A DNA stretch of 64,000 nt from Endomicrobiia bacterium (lineage in GTDB: Bacteria; Elusimicrobiota; Endomicrobiia; DTEH01): contig JANXDG010000050.1 in assembly GCA_025059805.1 (NCBI GenBank), positions 18,157 through 82,156 of the forward strand, in the 5' to 3' direction. Positions within the stretch are counted from its first letter, which is position 1. Each line of letters opens with the position of its first letter. Shown here piece after piece: positions 29,011 to 39,848 of this stretch. Both the position numbers and the translations under genes were made by a program. The notes under the pieces were generated by a model. That model was not told the DNA's origin. It did no database searches and saw only the letters and a list, made by a program, of their open reading frames with translations.

Positions 29011-29080
29011 AACTCAACTCCTTCCCTCTATATGAATAATTATTACAAAAGTTTCTACTTTTTTTCAACAAAAATTTTAA

Positions 29081-30148
29081 TCAGTAACATACTCTATTTC
29101 TTCCTAAAGATTTGGCTCTGTACAACAATTCATCTGTTTTTGATATTAATTCATCAAAGGTTTCACCAGAAAATTCCTTCACACCAAATGAACAAGTTAC
29201 AGTTATCTCTCCATTTGACGTAAAAAACTTTCTTGAACAAACTTCTTGCCTAAGCCGTTCCGCAACTATAACAGCTTGCCGCAAAGAAGTATGAGGTAAA
29301 ATTAAACAGAATTCTTCGCCACCATATCTCCCTGCAATATCCGTAATCCTAACATTATCTCGTATTACTTCACTTATAGTAGTTATAACTAAATCTCCCA
29401 CCTGGTGTCCATACTTATCATTTATTTGTTTGAAATGGTCTATATCAAACATAACCAAAGAAAGTTTTGTATTAAACTTATTAGCAAGAACAATTTCTTC
29501 CTGTAAACGCTTTATTATATAATCGTGATTATACAATTTTGTCATACTATCACTCACAACAGCATAAAACGTATAACATCTGTGTATTGCAGCTGAAGTT
29601 TGTTCAGCAATAATACTTAAAATAAGTCCCTCAAAACGTGAACGTGGAAACTTTTTGATTATTTTAAAATGTAGATTTAAGACGCCATAATTTTTATCCT
29701 GAAACTTTAGTGGTACTGCTATGAGCGCTTCTTTTCTGAGTGGTTTTACTTCAGGTGAGAAAAGTTTATAATAATATTCTGATGTTGAAACATCTCTAAC
29801 CATTACAGGAAGGCCTGTTTCAAGTGCTCGCCCAGCAACACCTTCACCAGGTTTAAGCCTTAACCCACGTACAACAGTTACACAAATATTTTTTCCAGCT
29901 TTGATTCTTAGTTCACCATTATCATAAATTAGCATTAGTGAACACCTTATTGGTCTCAACACTTCTGATACAACATCAACAATCTGTGGCAGAATTTTGT
30001 CCATTTCTACTGAAGAAGATATTTTAGAAAATTTCTTTAGAAGTTCTGCCAGCTTCGACCTATAATACGAGCTGAGTAACAAATATGAAATAATAAAAGA
30101 CAACAAACTAATAACTAATAAAAACAAAAAACAGGTTAAAAAATTCAT
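29081..30148 (-). CDS. Membrane-anchored GAF-GGDEF diguanylate cyclase
   Basis: N-terminal TM helix, GAF, DIDHFK..ND.YGH and RITD...RYGGEEF. Confidence 0.9.
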   Translation of the reverse strand: MNFLTCFLFLLVISLLSFIISYLLLSSYYRSKLAELLKKFSKISSSVEMDKILPQIVDVVSEVLRPIRCSLMLIYDNGELRIKAGKNICVTVVRGLRLKPGEGVAGRALETGLPVMVRDVSTSEYYYKLFSPEVKPLRKEALIAVPLKFQDKNYGVLNLHFKIIKKFPRSRFEGLILSIIAEQTSAAIHRCYTFYAVVSDSMTKLYNHDYIIKRLQEEIVLANKFNTKLSLVMFDIDHFKQINDKYGHQVGDLVITTISEVIRDNVRITDIAGRYGGEEFCLILPHTSLRQAVIVAERLRQEVCSRKFFTSNGEITVTCSFGVKEFSGETFDELISKTDELLYRAKSLGRNRVCY

Positions 30149-30179
30149 TGATAATTGTTGTTTGCAGAAAATATTATCA

Positions 30180-30389
30180 CTATCTGTTCAATAAAATCCA
30201 CAGTAGCAAAAGCAGAATTAAAACAAAAAATATACCAAGCACACTTCTGTGCTTTATAACTTTAGGATAAAAATTTGTTTTCAACGGTAAGCCATGCGAA
30301 GTGGAAATTAACCGCGAGAAACATACTCTACAATATTTTAAAGTTGTTCTATTTTCTGTGCCACAAATTGGACATTTTATAGTTTTCAT
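30180..30389 (-). CDS. Small zinc-ribbon membrane protein
   Basis: CPICG...YCRVC plus C-terminal TM helix; fills the gap between genes exactly. Confidence 0.7.
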   Translation of the reverse strand: MKTIKCPICGTENRTTLKYCRVCFSRLISTSHGLPLKTNFYPKVIKHRSVLGIFFVLILLLLLWILLNR

Positions 30390-30393
30390 ACTA

Positions 30394-31653
30394 TTACTTT
30401 GTTAGTAGTATACCAGCAACTGTAGCTGTCTGCAGACAAGCTAAAGTTCCTGCAATAAGAGATTTAATGCCTAACCGTGCAAGGTCATGTTTGCGTTCAG
30501 GTGCAATTGCTCCTATACCACCTATTTGTATACCTATTGATAAAAAATTAGAAAATCCACATAAAGCATAAGATAGTATCACCGCAGTCCTATGTGTTAC
30601 AATCTGTGGATTATTAGCGTACATATGTGCCCAGTTTGCATACGCTACAAATTCGTTAAAAAATGTTTTTTGACCAATTAAATTCCCTGCTATAAAAATG
30701 TCTTTACTATCAACACCGAGTAACCAAGATATCGGAGCGAAAATTAAACCAAAAAGTTTATCAAATGAAAGGTTTTTGGTAACTTCAAAAGGTAATAAAT
30801 TGCCCAAAGTCGAAAGAAGATAATTTGCAAAATATAATAGTGCCATAAAACTTATAAGCATCGCGCCAACATTCACTGCAAGACGTAATCCAACAGTTGT
30901 ACCGTTAGCGACTGCGTCTATAACATTTACATCTGTCTTTTCATATTTAACTTTAACATGACCTAAAGTTTTAGGTTCTTCTGTCTCAGGAACAAGAAGT
31001 TTTGAAAATACCAATGCTGCTGGTGCAGACATTACGGAAGCTGTCATTAAATGTCCTGCAATGTCTGGAATATAGTTTTTTAACAAACTTACATACGCTG
31101 CCATAACACCACCTGCTATAGTTGCCATACCACCAGTCATCACAGCAAGCAATTCCGAGCGTGTCATATCTCTTACATATGGTCTAACCAACAACGGCGC
31201 TTCTGTCTGCCCTACGAAAACATTTGCTGAACAACATAAACTTTCAGCACCTGAAGTTCCCATTGTTCTTACCATAATCCTTGCGAATAATTCTACTATG
31301 AATTGCATCACTCCAAAATAGTAAAGTATAGATATAAACGCTGAAAAAAATATTATCGTTGGCAAAACTTTGAATGCAAAAATATATCCAAATTTGTCAG
31401 TATTTGTTACAAGTTCACCAAAAATAAATTCTGCACCTCGTTCTGAAAAACTAACAAGTACAATAAAAGCCTTGTTAAAAACTTCAAAGAACCACCTACC
31501 AGGTGGTGTCTTTAAAACTATCAAACCCAAAATTATCTGCAACAAAGTACCCCACAAAATTGTCCTCCATAAAATACGTTTCTTATCTTCAGAAAGTAAC
31601 CAACCAATAGCTATAAGAACTAACATTCCAAAAAGACTTACTAAATTTTTCAT
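30394..31653 (-). CDS. Concentrative nucleoside transporter (NupC/CNT family)
   Basis: FAFKVLPTIIFFS, FVGQTEAP, NEFVAY and ALCGFSN. Confidence 0.93.
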   Translation of the reverse strand: MKNLVSLFGMLVLIAIGWLLSEDKKRILWRTILWGTLLQIILGLIVLKTPPGRWFFEVFNKAFIVLVSFSERGAEFIFGELVTNTDKFGYIFAFKVLPTIIFFSAFISILYYFGVMQFIVELFARIMVRTMGTSGAESLCCSANVFVGQTEAPLLVRPYVRDMTRSELLAVMTGGMATIAGGVMAAYVSLLKNYIPDIAGHLMTASVMSAPAALVFSKLLVPETEEPKTLGHVKVKYEKTDVNVIDAVANGTTVGLRLAVNVGAMLISFMALLYFANYLLSTLGNLLPFEVTKNLSFDKLFGLIFAPISWLLGVDSKDIFIAGNLIGQKTFFNEFVAYANWAHMYANNPQIVTHRTAVILSYALCGFSNFLSIGIQIGGIGAIAPERKHDLARLGIKSLIAGTLACLQTATVAGILLTK

Positions 31654-31684
31654 AAGTTAAAATGATTTAAATAAGGCAAGTAAC

Positions 31685-31757
31685 AGCGGGAGACGGGACT
31701 CGAACCCGCGACATTCTGCTTGGAAGGCAGATGTTCTACCAACTGAACTACTCCCGC
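31685..31757 (-). tRNA. tRNA-Gly(TCC)
   Basis: GCGGGAG/CTCCCGC-U acceptor, CT-TCC-AA loop, GGTTCGAGTCC. Confidence 0.95.
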
Positions 31758-31763
31758 AAAACC

Positions 31764-31848
31764 TGGGCAGGGTAGGATTCGAACCTACGTAGTCCCAACG
31801 GACGGCAGATTTACAGTCTGCTGCGATTGTCCACTCCGCCACCTGCCC
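31764..31848 (-). tRNA. tRNA-Tyr(GTA)
   Basis: GCAGA-CT-GTA-AA-TCTGC arm, long variable arm, GGTTCGAATCC. Confidence 0.95.
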
Positions 31849-31890
31849 TTTGTAAAGATTTATTAACATATCAAAATTTATCAATAAAAT

Positions 31891-32718
31891 TCAATAATTG
31901 TGTAATATTACATCTGACAATAATGATAAAGTTGAAAGTGCTGCAAGATAACTTGTTTTTGGATTATTTTCTGAAGGCACGTTTTCTGTACGAACATATA
32001 TTTCACCTGCTAATGAATTAATACTTATTTCATGGACATTACTTGTGATCTCTCTGTCAGCAATTATCTTAACCCTCACTTTTTCTGGACAACCAGAAAC
32101 TATTGCTAAAGTTGCTGCTACGTTAATGTTCTGTGGGAAATACTTTACTGCAGTATAAACATCGCCGTTAAAAATTTCTGTACGTGTTGACTTTACCACT
32201 TTTTTGTATAAACTTGGTTTTAGATTAAAAATTTGTGAATTAAGTAAACTTTTTACTGGTTTTGTAGTCGTAAGCTGTATACTTCTAATCCCGGCAATAC
32301 TTGCTGCAGATAAAGCATCACAACCTGCAATAGCACCTGAAGGAATTTTTATTCTATATCCTTTGTCTAAAAGCAACTTATATTCATCAAAGTTTTCTAA
32401 AAGTCCACCTACAGAAAGTATTATAACAGTCTTAGATTTGTATGGTTTAATACTTCTTAAAATTTCACTAACTGCACCTACTGAAGCTGATTCCATTATT
32501 ACATCAGATTTTTTTATCAACTGCTTAATATTACTACATCTAAGAAGTTTGTCAGTGTAATATTTTATTCTACTGAATTTTTTCAGGAATAATAATAACT
32601 TGTCTTCATCAATATCATAGACATAAATTTTTCTTAGTTTATCAGCGAGAGTTGTTAATTTACTTAGAACAATCGTAGCGATGTTACCTGTGCCAATTAT
32701 ACCAAGAGTTTTATTCAT
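31891..32718 (-). CDS. nadX: L-aspartate dehydrogenase
   Basis: GTGNIA Rossmann motif, ESAS, SVGGL, PSGAIAG, FPQNINVAA and NPKTSYLA. Confidence 0.85.
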   Translation of the reverse strand: MNKTLGIIGTGNIATIVLSKLTTLADKLRKIYVYDIDEDKLLLFLKKFSRIKYYTDKLLRCSNIKQLIKKSDVIMESASVGAVSEILRSIKPYKSKTVIILSVGGLLENFDEYKLLLDKGYRIKIPSGAIAGCDALSAASIAGIRSIQLTTTKPVKSLLNSQIFNLKPSLYKKVVKSTRTEIFNGDVYTAVKYFPQNINVAATLAIVSGCPEKVRVKIIADREITSNVHEISINSLAGEIYVRTENVPSENNPKTSYLAALSTLSLLSDVILHNY

Positions 32719-33311
32719 ACATCTGTTTTAAAATTTTTGTATAGCTCGGACAACATATCTCTGATTTTGTTCAATTTTTCTAACAGTTCTTGTTGTGAAA
32801 GTTTGTTATAATTATTTACCAATTGTTGAAGTTCAAATTTTATCTTTTCAACTTTTTCTTTATCAGACTTAACATACATACGTAGTTTATCTACCATATT
32901 TTGGAAACTCGCTGCTAATTCTTGTAATTCATCACCTTTCCTCAACTTAAGATAAATCGTTAAATCACCATCAGAAAGTAGATTAAACATCTTATCAAAG
33001 ACGTACAAAGGTCCTGCAATACGATGTAAAACAAATATTCCTAATGTTACTATCAGGACAACAAATATAATACAAACATATACCACTGTTCTAAAAACAA
33101 GTTTTGTTACTGCTTCAACTTCTAATCCAGAAAGATTCTCAAGTAATGTTGTAGTCCTCAATGTGAGATTTACATAATAAGCTGTAGATAATAATATAAC
33201 TATGACTAGTACTAATACAATGATTAGGTACTTAATTTGAAACTTGGGATTGATTAAATAACGTCTTCTGCGTAGTATTACAGAACTACTCCCTAAAAGT
33301 TTTCTTAACAT
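32715..33311 (-). CDS. Two-TM HAMP-domain protein
   Basis: RRRYLINPKFQ, HRIAGPL and GDL...LRKGDEL. Confidence 0.8.
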   Translation of the reverse strand: MLRKLLGSSSVILRRRRYLINPKFQIKYLIIVLVLVIVILLSTAYYVNLTLRTTTLLENLSGLEVEAVTKLVFRTVVYVCIIFVVLIVTLGIFVLHRIAGPLYVFDKMFNLLSDGDLTIYLKLRKGDELQELAASFQNMVDKLRMYVKSDKEKVEKIKFELQQLVNNYNKLSQQELLEKLNKIRDMLSELYKNFKTDV

Positions 33312-33313
33312 CC

Positions 33314-34012
33314 CTATTTTTTTGTAAATTCTTGTGGGTTTATTCGTATAGAAGGACCCATTGTGGAAGATAAGTATATATTCTTAAGATATACACCTTT
33401 TGCCTGTGCCGGTTTTAGTTTTATTATTGTATCAACTACTGTCATAATATTTTCTATTAATTTGTCTGTATCAAACGAAATTTTTCCTACAGGACAATGA
33501 ATAATACCATAATTATCATTTCTAAACTCCACTCTTCCTTTTTTAACTTCTTCAACAGCCTTCACGATTTCAGTTGTAACAGTACCTGTTTTAGGGTTTG
33601 GCATAAGTCCTTTCGGACCTAAAATTTTACCAAGTTTTGCTATATCTTTCATCATATCAGGTGTTGCAATCAGTGCATCAAAATCTGTCCACCCTTTTGC
33701 TATTTTCTCAATTAACTCTTCCGCTCCATAAAATTCTGCGCCACTTTTCTCAGCTTCTTTAAGTTTCTCACCCTTTGCTAAAACACAAACACGAGCAGTT
33801 TTCCCTGTACCATGAGGTAACACAACTGCACCACGGACTGTCTGCGATGATTGTTTTGGATCTATACCAAGATTTATATGAATTTCAACTGTTTCATCAA
33901 ACTTTGTTCTCTTTAACTCTTTTAACAACTCTATCGCTTCTTTTAAAGAATACAATTTTTGTTTGTCAACCTTTTTTCTTACTTCTAACATACGTTTACT
34001 CATAAGTTTCAA
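33314..34012 (-). CDS. rplA: 50S ribosomal protein L1
   Basis: [25 protein letters not shown] and STMGP. Confidence 0.98.
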   Translation of the reverse strand: MKLMSKRMLEVRKKVDKQKLYSLKEAIELLKELKRTKFDETVEIHINLGIDPKQSSQTVRGAVVLPHGTGKTARVCVLAKGEKLKEAEKSGAEFYGAEELIEKIAKGWTDFDALIATPDMMKDIAKLGKILGPKGLMPNPKTGTVTTEIVKAVEEVKKGRVEFRNDNYGIIHCPVGKISFDTDKLIENIMTVVDTIIKLKPAQAKGVYLKNIYLSSTMGPSIRINPQEFTKK

Positions 34013-34046
34013 TCCTCCCTAAATGTCTAATCTGTCGGTTAAAACT

Positions 34047-34478
34047 TCAATCTTCAACAACTTCTATCCCCATACTACGTGCTGTCCCTTCAACAATTTT
34101 TATCGCTGCTTCTAAACTGGTAGTATTAAGATCAGGAAGTTTAAGTTTTGCTATCTCTTTTACTTGACTCTTGGTAACAGTAGCTATAGTTTGTGAACCT
34201 GGTTTACCAGAAGCTTTCGCTAAACCAGCAATTTTTTTTAACAACGCTGAGACAGGCGGTGTTTTTAAAACAAAACTAAAAGTTCTATCTTCATATACTG
34301 TAATAATAACAGGTATTAACATTCCCTGTTCCATATTTTTGGTTTTTGCATTAAACTCATTACAAAATTGCATTATGTTAACCCCATGCTGACCTAACGC
34401 AGGGCCAACTGGTGGTGCAGGGTTTGCCTGTCCCGCTGGGATCTGAAGTTTGATTTGTGTTTTTATTTTCTTTGCCAT
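34047..34478 (-). CDS. rplK: 50S ribosomal protein L11
   Basis: [16 protein letters not shown] and GTARSMG. Confidence 0.98.
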   Translation of the reverse strand: MAKKIKTQIKLQIPAGQANPAPPVGPALGQHGVNIMQFCNEFNAKTKNMEQGMLIPVIITVYEDRTFSFVLKTPPVSALLKKIAGLAKASGKPGSQTIATVTKSQVKEIAKLKLPDLNTTSLEAAIKIVEGTARSMGIEVVED

Positions 34479-34513
34479 AACTTGTCACCTCTAATAGTTA
34501 TTAAAAATATAAT

Positions 34514-35095
34514 CTAAACTTTTTCAACCTGTGTAAACTCAAGTTCTACAGATGTAGGCCTGCCAAAGAGTGTTACTACAACTTTTAACTTCCCTTTTTC
34601 TTCATTTATTTCTTCAACAACACCAGTGAAATGTCTAAAAGGACCATCAATAATACGTATAGTATCTCCTAAATCAAACTTGCGCACAACTTTAGGTGCA
34701 GAACCTTTTAGTTTTTCAGCTAACGCTTTGATTTCATTAACTTCTTTCTCAGACATTTTCTGAGGATTAGCACCACCTAAGAAACCTTTAACACCACTAA
34801 CACTGCGAACAAAATTGTAAGTTTCAGGTGTCAAAACCATATTTATATAAACATAACCTTTAAATACAGCTTTTCTTAATTTTGTTTTTTCACCTTTCTT
34901 TATTCTTATTTCTTCTTCCTCAGGAACCAGTACTTCAAAAATTTTTTGTTCCATACCATCTGTTGTTTTTATTTTTTCCTCTAAACGATACTTCACATCT
35001 AACTCTTTGCCTACCATACAATATACAATGTACCAACCGCTTTCTGTTGAGGTAAGACTATGCTGCATTTTTTCCGTAGTTTCCTGTTGCGACAT
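34514..35095 (-). CDS. nusG: Transcription termination/antitermination factor NusG
   Basis: NGN domain (WYIV, FKGYV, GVKGF); KOW IIDGPF and LFGRPTSVEL. Confidence 0.97.
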   Translation of the reverse strand: MSQQETTEKMQHSLTSTESGWYIVYCMVGKELDVKYRLEEKIKTTDGMEQKIFEVLVPEEEEIRIKKGEKTKLRKAVFKGYVYINMVLTPETYNFVRSVSGVKGFLGGANPQKMSEKEVNEIKALAEKLKGSAPKVVRKFDLGDTIRIIDGPFRHFTGVVEEINEEKGKLKVVVTLFGRPTSVELEFTQVEKV

Positions 35096-35096
35096 A

Positions 35097-35321
35097 TTAT
35101 ACTCTTCCTCCTAAAAACAAAGAAACAATTTTTGCTAAGATAAAGTCTATTATACCTATATATATAGACATTATTATAATAAGTATAACTACAACAAGTG
35201 TAGAAGCTACGGCTTCTTTCTTACTTAACCAAGTGACTTTCTTAAGCTCAACATAAGATTCTTTTATAAATCTCACTAGGGAATCAATTCCTTGTTTTAT
35301 ACTTAGCATTGTAGAAAACAA
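35097..35321 (-). CDS. secE: Preprotein translocase subunit SecE
   Basis: ELKKVTW plus TM helix; directly upstream of nusG. Confidence 0.93.
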   Translation of the reverse strand: MFSTMLSIKQGIDSLVRFIKESYVELKKVTWLSKKEAVASTLVVVILIIIMSIYIGIIDFILAKIVSLFLGGRV

Positions 35322-35361
35322 ACCTCTTTTTTTTCGTAAATAAATTCTAAATTGAGTTTAA

Positions 35362-35390
35362 CTTATACTAAAATAAAGAATATTTTTCAA
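35362..35390 (-). promoter_or_regulatory. Putative promoter of secE-nusG-rplK-rplA
   Basis: TTGAAA-N17-TATAAG. Confidence 0.45.
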
Positions 35391-35401
35391 TACTTGAGTA
35401 A

Positions 35402-36106
35402 TTATTTTATCCAATCGTTCAAATGTCCAAACTTATACTTTTTTTCTAAACAATAGTTTATAAATCTTTCTAGTACTTTAACAGTTCTATCCCTGTGTTT
35501 ACCACCATCATGAAATAAGTAAATACCTCCTGGCTGTAAAGCATTTATATATTTCTTAAACATTTCATCTTCAGTATAATTATGCCAGTCACAGCCAAAT
35601 GTCCAGTTAATAACTTTGTAACCAAACTTGTGCATTATAACCTCGTCCATCCATTGGCGATAATATCCATTAGGCATACGAAGAAATTGTATTTTAAAAT
35701 TATGAGTTAAAATTTTTTTAAGCTCTGCCTCTGTCTTCTCCAGCTCATCAACTAATATTTTTTTTAATTGTGGTATTGTATTGTTCTTTTGTAACTGATA
35801 AAAATTTTTATGGCTATAAGTATGACTACCTATAATATGACCATCACGTACTATTTCTCTAATAATATCTTGTCTAAATTTAGCTAACTCACCTAATACA
35901 AAAAATATGGCTTTAATATCATATTTTTTAAGAATTACAAGGATTTCTTTTGTATACTCACCTGGACCATCATCAAATGATAAAAAGATAACTTTTTCAT
36001 TATTAGTGTTTATTTTCCAGAAAAAAATATTATCCTTTTGGCTAAAACAATCAGAAGTAAATGTAAAAAGTATAAAAAATGTAATACTCAACTTTAATGT
36101 TTTCAT
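35402..36106 (-). CDS. Polysaccharide deacetylase (CE4/NodB), secreted
   Basis: LSFDDGP, HTYSH, RMPNG and LFHD; signal peptide from MKTLK. Confidence 0.9.
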   Translation of the reverse strand: MKTLKLSITFFILFTFTSDCFSQKDNIFFWKINTNNEKVIFLSFDDGPGEYTKEILVILKKYDIKAIFFVLGELAKFRQDIIREIVRDGHIIGSHTYSHKNFYQLQKNNTIPQLKKILVDELEKTEAELKKILTHNFKIQFLRMPNGYYRQWMDEVIMHKFGYKVINWTFGCDWHNYTEDEMFKKYINALQPGGIYLFHDGGKHRDRTVKVLERFINYCLEKKYKFGHLNDWIK

Positions 36107-36107
36107 C

Positions 36108-37739
36108 TTAATACTCTTTAATAAACTTTTTTGCTGCATAATAGCCAGGTGTGAATCCATATATAAAATTTATCATCACAAAAAGTATAATATAAAATAT
36201 TATTTCAAAAAAACTTAATTTAAGTCCTAACAAATATCGTTTCACAGGTTCAGCAATTGAGGAAAGAAGTATTACTATATAACACAATGATGTCAAGATA
36301 AAAATTAACCCACCAAAAGAAGTTTCAATTTGTGCTATGTCTTTATATTCCTTTTTTGGAAATAATATACCGAAAGAATATCCCGCAAGTGTCAACACTG
36401 CTGACGAAACTAAAATAATAACTAGCGACGATGACATTAAAATAGAGTCAACTTTTAATACTAAATTTGATAGCGTAACTATGATCAATCCTGGGATTAA
36501 AATCATCGGTATATATACAATAAATTTTATAATGAAAAAATGTGTTATATTTACTGGTGCCGATTTTAACAACCAAAAAATTTTATATTCCATACTTGGC
36601 TGTACGAAAACGAATCTTAATACTAATGCTGTTATTATAAACATTATTCCGCCTAAGTTAAAAAATGAAACTGTTACCCTTATATATTTAAATTCTAAAG
36701 GCAATCTGCTGATATTAAAAATATATATAGTAGTAAGAGCAATTACAACAACAAACTGTATCATTTGTATTGGTTCTCTTAGGAACAGTCTTATTTCTTT
36801 TGTTAGAATGGTCCTAAACAGTGAAGATATGTTTAGATCTTTCTCTTTTAGACAGGATTTTCTCAAATTTGTATTTGAACGAGTTAAACTTTTATAAAAT
36901 AATTTTACGCCCAAAATATATAGAACTATAACTGTAAAACAAAATACAAAAAATAATTTCAAAATATTAACACCGACTATCCAGTAGTCGGTTATCATCA
37001 ATCCGCGAAATACTTCTGTTACCCACCATGAGGGTAACCACTTAGCAACTGGTCTTGAAAGAAAATCCAAATATTCTACGAGCTCAGGGAAATTTTGTGG
37101 TGATAAAAACTTTTCTGGCTGAGAGATACGTAATAAAGAATAGAATAAAGACGACAACACTACAATTAGAATAAGTACTATATTTTTTATTTTTCTTGAA
37201 GGAAATAAATAAGACAATATTATTGTAACTAGACAACCTATAACTGTCCCAATAAACACTTTAAACAACACTGAAGTAGTTAGAACAAAATAGCCAAGTA
37301 TTGAAAAATTTTTGACACTAGCAAAACCTACCACAAAAGGTATCACAACCAAGAGTATCATCCAACAAGAATAGAAAGATGTCAATATTACTCTAAAAAA
37401 GAAAATACTATTTACATTAATTGGTAATGAAAATAAAAGATGTAATTCGTTTTCATCATAGAGAGTAGAAAATGATACAATTAATGATGAAAAAATTAAC
37501 ATCACAAAACTTGTAAGAAATGCTAAAGCTAATATTCTTATTATGAAAATATTTCCGATCACAGGAAAAGTTGAAATATATATTATCACCTGATATGAAA
37601 TTATGTAACTACATATGAACAGTCCTGTGACAAACAGTAATAATAAAACACTACGTATTTTTTCGAACTTTTGCGCAAATACTATTGTGTTTTTAAAAAG
37701 TTTCAACTGTAGAAATAACAGTCTGATTAAGTTATACAT
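36108..37739 (-). CDS. Putative ABC-2 type multi-TM permease
   Basis: About 12 TM helices, LFSLPI, KEIRLFLREP; next to an ABC ATPase. Confidence 0.8.
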   Translation of the reverse strand: MYNLIRLLFLQLKLFKNTIVFAQKFEKIRSVLLLLFVTGLFICSYIISYQVIIYISTFPVIGNIFIIRILALAFLTSFVMLIFSSLIVSFSTLYDENELHLLFSLPINVNSIFFFRVILTSFYSCWMILLVVIPFVVGFASVKNFSILGYFVLTTSVLFKVFIGTVIGCLVTIILSYLFPSRKIKNIVLILIVVLSSLFYSLLRISQPEKFLSPQNFPELVEYLDFLSRPVAKWLPSWWVTEVFRGLMITDYWIVGVNILKLFFVFCFTVIVLYILGVKLFYKSLTRSNTNLRKSCLKEKDLNISSLFRTILTKEIRLFLREPIQMIQFVVVIALTTIYIFNISRLPLEFKYIRVTVSFFNLGGIMFIITALVLRFVFVQPSMEYKIFWLLKSAPVNITHFFIIKFIVYIPMILIPGLIIVTLSNLVLKVDSILMSSSLVIILVSSAVLTLAGYSFGILFPKKEYKDIAQIETSFGGLIFILTSLCYIVILLSSIAEPVKRYLLGLKLSFFEIIFYIILFVMINFIYGFTPGYYAAKKFIKEY

Positions 37740-37795
37740 AAATTTTTAAAAATTCTTAAGATATGCCATTACTGTATTGATGGAAAGATTAGATA

Positions 37796-38548
37796 CTATT
37801 CGTGTTGAAATCCCGTAGTTACTCTAAGGTATATTTCTTCTAAACTTTCTGTATTTAGATTCAACTGTGATGCAATTTCTTTCCTTAGGCCACTAATTAA
37901 AATCTTTCCATTATTAATTATACAGACTCTTGTTGCTAACTGTTCAGCTAACTCTAACAGGTGCGTACATAATAATACCGTCTTACCCAATGATGATATT
38001 TGTTTAATATACTGTTTGAAAAAACTTATACATTTTGGATCAAGACCAACAAGTGGTTCATCAAGAATATAAAGTTCAGGATCACGCAAAAGTATACTCA
38101 TCAATAACAATTTTTGTTTCATACCTTTTGAATAAATTTCTATAGGCTGAGAAATAACATCTTGCAGTTCAAATTGAGAAATTAAATATTTATACTTACC
38201 CTGGTCAAATTCTTTCTTGTAAAGTGACAATATAAATTCAATGAATTCTATACCTCTAAGTTTACTATAAACATATGGCTCATCAGGTAAATATCCTATG
38301 TCGCGCTTTAACTCGGTATTATTAAGAAACATTTTTTTATTGAAAATATAAACTTCGCCACTGTCTGGTTCCAACACTCCAGATAAAATTCTTACAGTAG
38401 TGGTTTTACCTGCACCATTTGGTCCAAGTAAAACAAATATTTCACCTTTCTTTACAACAAAGCTTATATTAGATAAAACCTGTTTACCATCAAAATATTT
38501 TGATACATTTCTTACTACGACAATCTCGTTGTTATTCATACAATTCAC
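37796..38548 (-). CDS. ABC transporter ATP-binding protein
   Basis: GPNGAGKTT, YSKGMKQ and ILDEP. Confidence 0.95.
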   Translation of the reverse strand: MNCMNNNEIVVVRNVSKYFDGKQVLSNISFVVKKGEIFVLLGPNGAGKTTTVRILSGVLEPDSGEVYIFNKKMFLNNTELKRDIGYLPDEPYVYSKLRGIEFIEFILSLYKKEFDQGKYKYLISQFELQDVISQPIEIYSKGMKQKLLLMSILLRDPELYILDEPLVGLDPKCISFFKQYIKQISSLGKTVLLCTHLLELAEQLATRVCIINNGKILISGLRKEIASQLNLNTESLEEIYLRVTTGFQHE

Positions 38549-39135
38549 ACTACTATTGTTAACACGCCAGCAACAAAAATTGGTAACACAAAATTATCAT
38601 CCAAAGGTAATGGCAAAAATTCAATAGCCGCAGCTATAAAGGCTGCTAATAAAGCATACTCTGGTTTTACATAAAACAATCCGCACAGGAAAGCAATTAA
38701 AAAAAATGCTAAAGATCCTTCCAAACTTTTCCCTCGCGAGCCCAATTTAATCTTACCAAATGCTACTCCCACTACTGCTGCTATACTATCACCTAATGCG
38801 AGATATAACAAACTTAGCGTAACTATGTTTTTATTGTCAGAAAAAAGTAAAATTGTTAAAAACGCACCTGATAAAGTCCATATCAATGTAGATATATTAT
38901 CTTTTTCCTTTTCACGATAAGTTCCTTCAAAAAGTCTCAATAATAACTTATTAACTGAAGGATATAATAGTCTTATTGTTTCAAAAATTAAATCAATAAT
39001 TACCACAGTTGCTGATATTATAACAGAAGCAGCATATGGTAGAACATTATAAAGCACTGGATACAGTATTGTCAGTAGATGTAAACTTTTCCTTTTAAGT
39101 TCTTTTTTTAAATTTTCATTTACAAACATTCTCAT
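38545..39135 (-). CDS. CTP-dependent polyprenol/phytol/diacylglycerol kinase family (SEC59/DGK1/VTE5)
   Basis: RKSLH, GDSIAAVVG, KSLEGS and DDNF. Confidence 0.85.
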   Translation of the reverse strand: MRMFVNENLKKELKRKSLHLLTILYPVLYNVLPYAASVIISATVVIIDLIFETIRLLYPSVNKLLLRLFEGTYREKEKDNISTLIWTLSGAFLTILLFSDNKNIVTLSLLYLALGDSIAAVVGVAFGKIKLGSRGKSLEGSLAFFLIAFLCGLFYVKPEYALLAAFIAAAIEFLPLPLDDNFVLPIFVAGVLTIVV

Positions 39136-39848
39136 TTTTGTCTAAGCAAATTAAAGATGATTTTAAAAAGTTCAACAGTTATCTTATAACATTCTTTATA
39201 TGTAAGTATAATACTGCGAAGGAAAAAATCTTTTGTCAAATTTATATCGTTACGATTTAGAAACATCACATTAAATAACGCTATAAGGATTATACAGTTT
39301 AATATAAATATCAAAACAGTTGAAAACAGCCATCCTGAAATTTTCAAATCCTGCTGGCCTAAATATATAGCATGAATTGTCAAAATAATATGAAATGCTA
39401 TTGTGAACCCTAAAAAAAATGAAAGTAATCCAACTGAAAGTTCTAATTTGAATAAAAACCTCACTACGAACCATACTAATGTTCCTAAAATGGAATATAG
39501 TGGTACAAAATATGGGGATAGTGCGATAAACGTGTTAACTTTATCCACATTGACAGAACCTTGATTTGTACTTATCTTAACTTTCTTGATTTTACTACCA
39601 CAAAGATATGCACTTATCACATGCACCAACTCATGACTAAAAACATAAATACTTATAGGTTTATAAAAGAAGAAATGAATCAATACATATGTTATTATAC
39701 CAAAAAGAAAATATTGTACTAAATAATTACTCAACTCTATTTTGCTAAGTACAAAAATCAATGTTGATATAAGCACATAACACATTGGTAATAACAAAAC
39801 TCCATACAAAAATTTTACAACTTTATTATACAGAAGAAATTTTATCAT
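39132..39848 (-). CDS. Membrane metallopeptidase, M50-like (HExxH)
   Basis: YVFSHELVH and IALSPYF; several TM helices. Confidence 0.7.
   Translation of the reverse strand: MIKFLLYNKVVKFLYGVLLLPMCYVLISTLIFVLSKIELSNYLVQYFLFGIITYVLIHFFFYKPISIYVFSHELVHVISAYLCGSKIKKVKISTNQGSVNVDKVNTFIALSPYFVPLYSILGTLVWFVVRFLFKLELSVGLLSFFLGFTIAFHIILTIHAIYLGQQDLKISGWLFSTVLIFILNCIILIALFNVMFLNRNDINLTKDFFLRSIILTYKECYKITVELFKIIFNLLRQK

Noticed and set aside
31657-32021. ORFs 31657..31884 (-) and 31827..32021 (+)
   Set aside because: They overlap tRNA-Gly, tRNA-Tyr and nadX and are spurious translations.
34013-34046. L1 autoregulatory RNA site between rplK and rplA
   Set aside because: GGGAG is present but is explained by the SD, and I could not find the complementary helix.
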